Program-made: the position numbers and the translations under genes
Notes under the pieces: model-generated
What the model was told of the DNA's origin: nothing
The model's input: only the letters and a program-made list of their open reading frames with translations
Databases searched by the model: none
NCBI GenBank assembly: GCA_017454625.1
Contig: JAFTCP010000116.1
Span: 2,917 to 66,916, forward strand
Direction: 5' to 3'
Source of the DNA: Synergistaceae bacterium
GTDB lineage: Bacteria; Synergistota; Synergistia; Synergistales; Aminobacteriaceae
Length of the DNA: 64,000 bases
In this document: positions 46,134 to 53,350 of the stretch, piece after piece
Numbering within the stretch: the stretch's first letter is position 1
Layout: each line of letters begins with the position of its first letter

Positions 46134-46958
46134 TCATTCGTAGTTATTGCGATTTTTCCATTCGGGGGCTTCACTGTATCTGTCAGCTCCTGCGCTGTCG
46201 CTGGGAATATCAACGACAGAAACGCACGTAAACAGCCCGTTGATGTTCTCAGCCTTCGCACGCATGACGGCCGCAACTTCGGGCTTCTCACTCCACTTTG
46301 GAGAGCCTAATAATCCCGGCACAATTCTGAACTTCGGGAACACTGAATTGACAAGCTCAAAGCCGGTTTTCTGGTTCGTAGTCGCGTCAATGCCGCCGAT
46401 TATGTCGTATGAAGTTATCATGTCGGGCTTCAATCGCGTAAATCCTACCTTAACTTTTGAGGAATTTGCTAATCTCCCGCCGCTTAATACCGAGAAAATA
46501 GCGTTGCCGTCATCATCATAGCCGAGCGAATAATCAACGCCAGCTGTGTATTCAGTTGTTCCGTCAAAGGTTACGCCGTTCGCAAGAATTACGTCCTGCC
46601 CTAAGTTTGCTTCACCGTCGGTTATCGTAAAATCAGCAGGGCTTACATTCTCTTTGTGTTTAGTCGGGTCAAGAACATTGATTAACACGCAAGGAGACAT
46701 CGCGAATAACGCAAACTGCGAATAAATGAACTCACAGAGCGTGTATTTTTCCCAGTTTCGAGAAAAGCCGAACAAACTCACAGCCTCGTTGTAATTGTAA
46801 ATTAGCTGAGGCTTGTTGACGTTTTGCAGGGCTTCATCGTCTGAGCCTAAATGTATCGGTGCTGTTCCGACAATTACGGGCAATCCCGCTTCGGTCTGCA
46901 CAGGCGCAATCAACGATGTAGGGACTTCTGATTTGTATACTCCGTGCCTGAATGCCAT
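46134..46958 (-). pseudogene. tail sheath protein (P2 FI-like), N-terminal 274 aa only
   Basis: The sheath N-terminus MAFRHGVYKSEVPTS...GLPVIVGTAP is present. The gene ends at ...YSEAPEWKNRNNYE*, where sheaths normally continue with the conserved C-terminal domain. Confidence 0.6.
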
Positions 46959-47276
46959 TTATCTCCGCCTCCTTCCGTTCAGTTTTCTGTATTCAGCATT
47001 GAATTTCTCGGCTTCCGTCTGTACCGTATAAAAAAGCCGGGCTTCATTCGTTCCCGGCCTGCTAATTTTCTGTCTCATGCTTTCAAGTTCTCTAACTGGA
47101 ACTATCAGCCCTCGTATTTCGGGGATTTTCTCAATCGCTCGCTCAACATACGGCGGCAATCCCCCTCTGAATACTTGAAATTTCTGCAATGCAAACGCTA
47201 AAATGTTCGGGCCTGTGTAGATTTCAGGCTCATTTTCCGCGTCAAATTCTTCCTGTATAATCTCATCCTCTGGCAT
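46959..47276 (-). CDS. hypothetical phage structural-module protein
   Basis: ORF with ATG at 47276 behind an AGGGAGG RBS. It abuts the sheath start. Confidence 0.35.
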   Translation of the reverse strand: MPEDEIIQEEFDAENEPEIYTGPNILAFALQKFQVFRGGLPPYVERAIEKIPEIRGLIVPVRELESMRQKISRPGTNEARLFYTVQTEAEKFNAEYRKLNGRRRR

Positions 47277-47883
47277 ATGGCGGTAACCTCCCTTCAAAGT
47301 TTCTAGGCATTAATGGCCGTCCTGTCTCCCAGACTGTTTCAAGCTGCCCGACATATATCGGCCAAATTTGCTCATCAAACAGATAATTTTTCATTGGCAT
47401 CTCTAATCTGTATCTCTTATCAAGAACACGACCGGGCAGTGTTAAAAGCTCCTGACGAATTGCCTCAATAATATTTAGAACATCGCGGTAACCCTGACAA
47501 TCCGGCGACTCGTCATAAACATAAACGAGCAAACGCATATTAATACGTGTCGCATTCATTGAGCCTTCTTCACGGTCAGTTGCTTCATCAACTTTCACAA
47601 TCACGCAGGGAAAATTACTCTCAATATCTGCGGCTGTGTATCCTTGAGGTTCAACAGCTTCTTCGTTGTCTTCTGTCGTTACCGGCTGAGGCTGGGGCAA
47701 ATACTGCGCGAATACTCTAACATTCTGCAATAATCCGCTCTTAGCCGTAAGCTCGTAATTCTTAAACAGCTCCGTTAATCTCGCAACAAGTGCATCAAGC
47801 AAATCTAATTCTGTCATTCCGTCTCCTCTGTCTAATGCCCATAATCCTGTGCTGACGTTCATATAAGGCTTATAATTTCTCAT
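47263..47883 (-). CDS. putative tail completion / terminator protein
   Basis: Called from position (between the Z-like and sheath genes) only. Confidence 0.3.
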   Translation of the reverse strand: MRNYKPYMNVSTGLWALDRGDGMTELDLLDALVARLTELFKNYELTAKSGLLQNVRVFAQYLPQPQPVTTEDNEEAVEPQGYTAADIESNFPCVIVKVDEATDREEGSMNATRINMRLLVYVYDESPDCQGYRDVLNIIEAIRQELLTLPGRVLDKRYRLEMPMKNYLFDEQIWPIYVGQLETVWETGRPLMPRNFEGRLPPYARG

Positions 47884-48455
47884 GGTAACGCCTCTAATAA
47901 GCGCATTACTTCATGGTCTAAACGTTTCGCAAAACGCTCTTCCGCTCCACGTTCCATGACGTTAACAGTCTCCTCATTCTTGATAATCTGAGGCATTGAC
48001 GGCGAAATTAACGAATGCATGTCATATTTTCCCTTGCCTGTTCGGAAAAACGGGAAATATCTTCCGCCTGCACGCTTAACCAAGAATGCCGGGCCTAAAG
48101 ACTTTAAGCCCCCTTCACGTTTCACAGCTCCTTTAAGCGGAGTTCTCCGGCCAATTTTAGGAGTTGACGGCGTAAGTTGATAATCAGCGAGCGAATGACG
48201 TTTACCCTTTGAAACCATCGCGCCCATCAAGTTACCGGCTGAAGCCTTACGAAAACTTATGCTGGCTCGGACATCTTTAGCACTCACAAAATATTTCTTG
48301 TGTGTCTCGCTAACTGCGTCAGTCCTCATGCCGTCCATCGTTCGATTTACAGCTCTGGCAACTGCACGGGGAGTTTCAGCAAGAATTGACATCAAAGCTG
48401 AGTTTGCACGCGCAAGCCCCTCATTAGAAATTTGCAAATTTATCATGCCGTTCAT
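47880..48455 (-). CDS. minor tail/neck protein (lambda gpZ-like)
   Basis: 191 aa; called from position and overall pattern. Confidence 0.4.
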   Translation of the reverse strand: MNGMINLQISNEGLARANSALMSILAETPRAVARAVNRTMDGMRTDAVSETHKKYFVSAKDVRASISFRKASAGNLMGAMVSKGKRHSLADYQLTPSTPKIGRRTPLKGAVKREGGLKSLGPAFLVKRAGGRYFPFFRTGKGKYDMHSLISPSMPQIIKNEETVNVMERGAEERFAKRLDHEVMRLLEALP

Positions 48456-48823
48456 TAATTATTCGCCTCCAGTACAATACGCCACACCTGATCCTGAATT
48501 AATCTCGCCTCAGAAACTGTGTATAGCTTACTGTTCAGCTTCAATGACTGCCCCGCCGCAAAATTCTTCATGTCCTGCGCTCGGCAAAATAAAATCCCCC
48601 GACTTCGTGAAATTCCTTCGAGGGTTTTTCCGTTGAAATTCAGGTTGAGCGTCTGAGTTTTTATGTCTGACGTGAAGATTGAGAGAATTTTTTTGCCGTT
48701 AATGTCGTGAAATCTCGCAAACTCCGAGTTATTGAACCAGACGGCGGCATCATCAAGGTCATGTGCTAAAAAATCAAGAAACGTCTCATCTCGCGAGTAA
48801 ATATCATGAATTGCCTTCAACAT
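48455..48823 (-). CDS. head-tail connector protein (lambda FII-like)
   Basis: C-terminal pattern GQSLKLNSKLYTVSEARLIQDQVWRIVLE. I chose the start at ATG 48823. Confidence 0.4.
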   Translation of the reverse strand: MLKAIHDIYSRDETFLDFLAHDLDDAAVWFNNSEFARFHDINGKKILSIFTSDIKTQTLNLNFNGKTLEGISRSRGILFCRAQDMKNFAAGQSLKLNSKLYTVSEARLIQDQVWRIVLEANN

Positions 48824-49001
48824 TTTCCTGTGCTGTTTCGGCTTCTCGTTTCTTCGCGGCTTTCGTCGCCTTGACATCCGCAATAACCTCAGCCATTCCC
48901 CGCGCCACAAGCTCCCGTACTCTGGGAGTATCCGGCAATATTTCTCCCGCCTTAAATATTCTCGAACCGGAAATAAAGCGTCCATGTCTCAAAATAATCA
49001 T
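48804..49001 (-). CDS. hypothetical head-module protein
   Basis: 65-aa ORF coupled to the major capsid gene stop. Confidence 0.35.
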   Translation of the reverse strand: MIILRHGRFISGSRIFKAGEILPDTPRVRELVARGMAEVIADVKATKAAKKREAETAQENVEGNS

Positions 49002-50062
49002 GCTGCACCTGTGATTACGCCCTTCAATACGTACCAGCTCTTAAGGTCATGAGGCATCGGCAAGGGACGCGATGAAATTGATATGAACTTCTGCGGCGGG
49101 TCTTCCGTAAACCATTTATGCGGGACATATGGGCGCATATAAGTTACATGATTGCCGGTTTTGTCGATCGTCGTGATAGCTCCATAAAGCATTGAATTTT
49201 TCTCGCTTGAGTTCTGAATTATCACGGTTTCAGGGTCAATAATGGGCTTTAATTTAGGCTCGCCGTTCTCGTCAAGGTCGCTTGTGTCTGGTATCCATTC
49301 TTCGTAAGTGTATAAATCGAACATCGCACCTGGCACAATCATTCGGCCTAAATAACCTATTCCATGTTCAAGTTCTCCTGGCTTAATCTCCCCGATTTCA
49401 ACGCGCCGATTGTCTAATAACTTCAAATATCGTTCATTCTTCAAGAGCATTGAGGCCGCTTCAGAGCCAAGAATTAACATGTCGGGATTAATTCCGTCCT
49501 TGCGCATTTCTCGTGCTATAGCTTGAAGCTGACCCATAATGTCAAATGTCGGTGTCCAACGGTCAGAGGCATCAAGCACAGCGATATTTTCAAAGCCGTA
49601 ATCTACTATTTCACTGACACCCTTCCCCTTTATTATGAGTTTGCCGTCCTGCTTCACGCGCGAACACATGTATTCTTCACGCCTCCAGATAGTATCTTGA
49701 AGGTCAAGAATATCCTGCGCGGCAATTCTCGCGGCTCTGTCCTCCGGCGTAAGTCCTGAATTATAGGTAGGTTCACTGAGTAATTTTTGCATTAACGTGT
49801 CATTCGTTATCGTTCGTTTCGGGGAAATAAACGGCGTTCCGTAAGTCCTCACTGTGTATTCATCACGGCCAATATCTTCTGAGCCAACACGAGGATTTAC
49901 AAAAGGTGCTAATCTGCGCCGCTTCTCCTGAAATTCAAAGCTGACTTTTTCCGTCGGAAATACTACAGGATTATTGAAATATCTCGTCTTAAAGAATGTC
50001 CGAAGGGGTAAAGTCTTCTCAATAACCCCCATAACCATTTTAGGCTCGTAATAATCTTTCAT
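48998..50062 (-). CDS. major capsid protein, lambda gpE family
   Basis: 354 aa. The N-terminus YEPKMVMGVIEKTLPLRTFFKTRYFN...FEFQEKRRRLAPFV is typical of Phage_cap_E. Confidence 0.85.
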   Translation of the reverse strand: MKDYYEPKMVMGVIEKTLPLRTFFKTRYFNNPVVFPTEKVSFEFQEKRRRLAPFVNPRVGSEDIGRDEYTVRTYGTPFISPKRTITNDTLMQKLLSEPTYNSGLTPEDRAARIAAQDILDLQDTIWRREEYMCSRVKQDGKLIIKGKGVSEIVDYGFENIAVLDASDRWTPTFDIMGQLQAIAREMRKDGINPDMLILGSEAASMLLKNERYLKLLDNRRVEIGEIKPGELEHGIGYLGRMIVPGAMFDLYTYEEWIPDTSDLDENGEPKLKPIIDPETVIIQNSSEKNSMLYGAITTIDKTGNHVTYMRPYVPHKWFTEDPPQKFISISSRPLPMPHDLKSWYVLKGVITGAA

Positions 50063-50499
50063 CTCGCAGCTCCTTTATCGTGAATGTGTCTCAAGAATAT
50101 TTTTGCTTTTCGCAACGGCTCACGAACCGTCTCAACAATTGCATCATGATCGTCGTCTTCGCCCTCAAACGGGAAAATCACGCGCTCATCGTTAAATTCT
50201 CCCTCAAAATAGGCCGCCGTCTCCGCGTATTCATTCTCGCCGATTTCAACATCATCACAAAGAATGCAAATCCCGCTTGCCGTCGCTAATCCTGCCTGAG
50301 TTGAAGCAACGTAGCCGTCAGCTCCAGCCATTAAGAGAGTGCCGCGCTTAAATTCCCCTGCAACGGAGATTTTCACAATGTCGCGGTAAACTGCTCCTCT
50401 GTTGCCGGAAATTAAATCGTCGGGCGGCGGGACTGTCCCCTCTGTTTTGATTAATTGCATTGATACCTGTGTTTTTTCAACTGGTGTAGGGTCTGGCAT
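50059..50499 (-). CDS. head decoration protein (lambda gpD-like)
   Basis: 146 aa between the protease and capsid genes, with GTLLMAG...GICILCDDV...AAYFEGEFN. Confidence 0.7.
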   Translation of the reverse strand: MPDPTPVEKTQVSMQLIKTEGTVPPPDDLISGNRGAVYRDIVKISVAGEFKRGTLLMAGADGYVASTQAGLATASGICILCDDVEIGENEYAETAAYFEGEFNDERVIFPFEGEDDDHDAIVETVREPLRKAKIFLRHIHDKGAAR

Positions 50500-51593
50500 T
50501 ACTTATAACCTCTCATTCTGTTTAACTCGTTCACGACAGCATTAATCGCGGCTTCCTCTTCAGCTTGGGATTTGGGCGTGTCTTTTCTCGGCGGTAATGC
50601 TTCGTCAATAACTCCCGCGTCTTGGTGCAGTGCGTTCAATTTTGCCTGTGCCGAATCAGCTTGCAAAAGTTCAATCGCAATATCACGCGCATCTTTCGGG
50701 TCTTCGTACTTAGCCTTTGCAATAATTTCTTCACGGCCCGGAGCATTCAGGCTGTCGAGAGCTTTTAACCGCTCACGTTCGGCCATAATTCCGCGCTGAT
50801 ACCCTGCTTCATCAGCTGTGTTTTTGATTGTTCCGACAAAATCAGGGTATGCATTCTCAAGTTCTGCTGTATTCTTTATATCCATTTCGGTTTTATTCTC
50901 CTTCGTCTCATGTTTTATGACCGCTAAAGGTGAGATTTTGACGGTGTTTTTCGGCAGTTTCGCGCTCAGAAATTCATCAACGCGAGAGAAACCGAAACCA
51001 TTCCTAAAAATTGTTCCGCCTTGAACTGCCATCGCAGTAACTTCAACGGCTTCTGCAACTTCATCGCAGAATTTCAGGTCGTGCGCTTCGGTTGCTGTCA
51101 TCCATGTTTCAGCGTCCATCATCGAGATAACTTTTTCACGGTCAAGCCCTGTCTTAGCAATATAAACATTCGCGATTGTGTCTCGAATTTTGTCGAGGAT
51201 TTCCGCTGTGTCTCTCATGTCCTCAGCTTCTCCCCAAACTCCTCCGGCAGGATTGTGTATCATCATGAGTGCGTTTGACGGCATGATTATCTTATTCCCT
51301 ACCATAGCTATCAAACTCGCCGCACTTGCTGCAAGCCCGTCAATCCTGACCGTGATATTCGCAGGGTGAGACTTCAAATAGCTGTACATTGCCTGTGCCT
51401 CAAAAACATCACCGCCGACGCTGTTAATCCTGAGCGTTATATTCTGTATATTTCCGAGTGCCTTGATTTTATTGATGAGACTTTTAGCGTTTACAAGCCC
51501 CCAGTTTTCATCATTGAACGCTGAGATTTCATCATAAAGCAAAATCTCGGCTTCACTTTCACTCTTAGCTGTTACCTTCCACACTCGCATCAT
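50499..51593 (-). CDS. ClpP/S49-type head maturation protease with C-terminal scaffold region (lambda gpC/Nu3-like)
   Basis: INSVGGDVFEAQAMYSYL, GLAASAASLIAM and MIHNP motifs, plus an acidic helical tail. Confidence 0.85.
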   Translation of the reverse strand: MMRVWKVTAKSESEAEILLYDEISAFNDENWGLVNAKSLINKIKALGNIQNITLRINSVGGDVFEAQAMYSYLKSHPANITVRIDGLAASAASLIAMVGNKIIMPSNALMMIHNPAGGVWGEAEDMRDTAEILDKIRDTIANVYIAKTGLDREKVISMMDAETWMTATEAHDLKFCDEVAEAVEVTAMAVQGGTIFRNGFGFSRVDEFLSAKLPKNTVKISPLAVIKHETKENKTEMDIKNTAELENAYPDFVGTIKNTADEAGYQRGIMAERERLKALDSLNAPGREEIIAKAKYEDPKDARDIAIELLQADSAQAKLNALHQDAGVIDEALPPRKDTPKSQAEEEAAINAVVNELNRMRGYK

Positions 51594-53160
51594 CCCTCTC
51601 GTTTATTTGGTCGCCTGGCGTGCTGGTAAATCCTGCTTCTCTGCGCAGATTTTCTTCTTTCACTCGCTGACGATGATTAAGCTCCCAATCTCCGCCGGTG
51701 AGTTCTGCCGTCTCCTTCTGGCGTGTACTGAAGCCGTTTTCAACTCTGAGAATTGCCGCTTTGACTTCTTTCACTGGGTCAAGCTGTCCCTGCGACGGCC
51801 CTGTCCAATCCGCCCATGAATAGGCGTAACGTATCATCGGATCGTCAAAAAAGCCCGGAGCTTGCACACGTCCACGCAAAACAGCCTCGTACAGCCATTC
51901 TTCATAGACGGGCTGACAGAAATTTATTACCCACCAATTGCGCCAATAATTAAACAGCTTCCATGCTTCGAGTAATGCTCCGCGTGATGCCGAATATGAA
52001 CTCGTGAAATTCAGGAATAAGACTTCAGCAGGTATGCTTAAAGAACTGCCGATTTGACGGACTAATGACATCACGAACGCGTCAAAGGCTGAATTTGGCC
52101 GTGATGGTGAAACGGATTTTGCGCGGGTTCGTTCAGGTAAGTCCGCAATCATTCCGTACATATCGCCAACTCTAACTTCTTCTAATTTATCACGCCACTT
52201 TTTAAGTTCCTTTTCTTTGTCTTCTCTAAGCCCCAAATCACTGGCCATTGACTCCTCGCCCACAAAATCAGAGCTGTCATCGTCATCAACTCCGTGTTCA
52301 AAGAAAATCGCGAATATTCCGCCGATGACTGCCGCCATTAACTCAGCATAGCTGTATCTTCCTAACTGTTTTAACGTCTCAATCACAGGTGCGAGGAATG
52401 GAACGCCTCTGTGCTGGCCAATTCGTTCAAGCGGTAAGAGGTGCAAAACATTTCTGCGGCCTGTTTTTGCTCCGAATGCTGGCACTCTCACGTATTCAAG
52501 TCGCGGCAACCCTGATAACTCACTCAAAGGATGATGATTAGCTATGTGATAGGCTACAGGTCTCCCGTCATTGTGCCTTCGGCGTGCTCTGCAACCGAAC
52601 TCAACTCCGCCGTCGATTAGCGCGTTGTATGTTCTAAGCGGCGGGTCTTGCAGTCTGTCGCCCTCAATCAATGCAATTCGCAGGTCATAAGGAAAATCCT
52701 TTGTGTGTCTCATTGGGAGCATTACGAGAGCGTCGCCGTTCAATAACACGGACTTGAAACAGAGATTTTGAAGCTCGTAAAAATTCATACCTCGTGCAAT
52801 GTCGCATTCCTTACTCTCAGCCCAAAAACAAAATTCGCGCTCCGTGTTTTCTTCCCATTCGGCGGCTTCTTCCTCTGAAAGTCCGAGTGTTTCCGCGCTA
52901 ATCCTGCAATTCAGGGTTAAACCTGCGCCGACAGAGTTAAGAACAATTCTGTCAATTGCTCCACGTCCGAGCGGGCCGCCTCCTGCGTATAAATCTCTTG
53001 AACGTTCACGCAAAAGTTCAAGATTATCTGTGATGTCCTCGCTGGGAGATTTCGAGAGTGTATACCAAGCTGAAACGCTCGGTTTCGTTCGGCTTGCTCC
53101 GTAGTGAGAATAGCCGGAATTCTTGATGCTGATTTGTTGTTTACGATTTCGTCGGCTCAT
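51565..53160 (-). CDS. portal protein, lambda gpB family
   Basis: 531 aa with a lambda-family portal pattern, positioned between gpW and the protease. Confidence 0.9.
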   Translation of the reverse strand: MSRRNRKQQISIKNSGYSHYGASRTKPSVSAWYTLSKSPSEDITDNLELLRERSRDLYAGGGPLGRGAIDRIVLNSVGAGLTLNCRISAETLGLSEEEAAEWEENTEREFCFWAESKECDIARGMNFYELQNLCFKSVLLNGDALVMLPMRHTKDFPYDLRIALIEGDRLQDPPLRTYNALIDGGVEFGCRARRRHNDGRPVAYHIANHHPLSELSGLPRLEYVRVPAFGAKTGRRNVLHLLPLERIGQHRGVPFLAPVIETLKQLGRYSYAELMAAVIGGIFAIFFEHGVDDDDSSDFVGEESMASDLGLREDKEKELKKWRDKLEEVRVGDMYGMIADLPERTRAKSVSPSRPNSAFDAFVMSLVRQIGSSLSIPAEVLFLNFTSSYSASRGALLEAWKLFNYWRNWWVINFCQPVYEEWLYEAVLRGRVQAPGFFDDPMIRYAYSWADWTGPSQGQLDPVKEVKAAILRVENGFSTRQKETAELTGGDWELNHRQRVKEENLRREAGFTSTPGDQINERDDASVEGNS

Positions 53161-53164
53161 GTAA

Positions 53165-53350
53165 TCACCATCCCGGCCGTACTACTCTGAATTTCGCGCG
53201 GCCTCTCTGTTTCGCTTTCAAGGCTGAGATTTTATTTTCAAGTGTAGCAATCATATTCTGAACGTCTTTCAAGTTTGCGCGGGTTAATTTCAAGCCCTCA
53301 GCCTCGTAGGATTGACCGGACAATATTGCTTTCTCAGCCTTGTAATAAAG
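53165..53350 (-). pseudogene. 3' part (~61 codons) of head-tail joining gene gpW, cut by the inversion breakpoint
   Basis: ...YYKAEKAILSGQSYEAEGLKLTRANLKDVQNMIATLENKISALKAKQRGRAKFRVVRPGW is gpW-like. There is no plausible start codon or RBS. Upstream in frame is the antisense of the fibre repeats. Confidence 0.6.
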
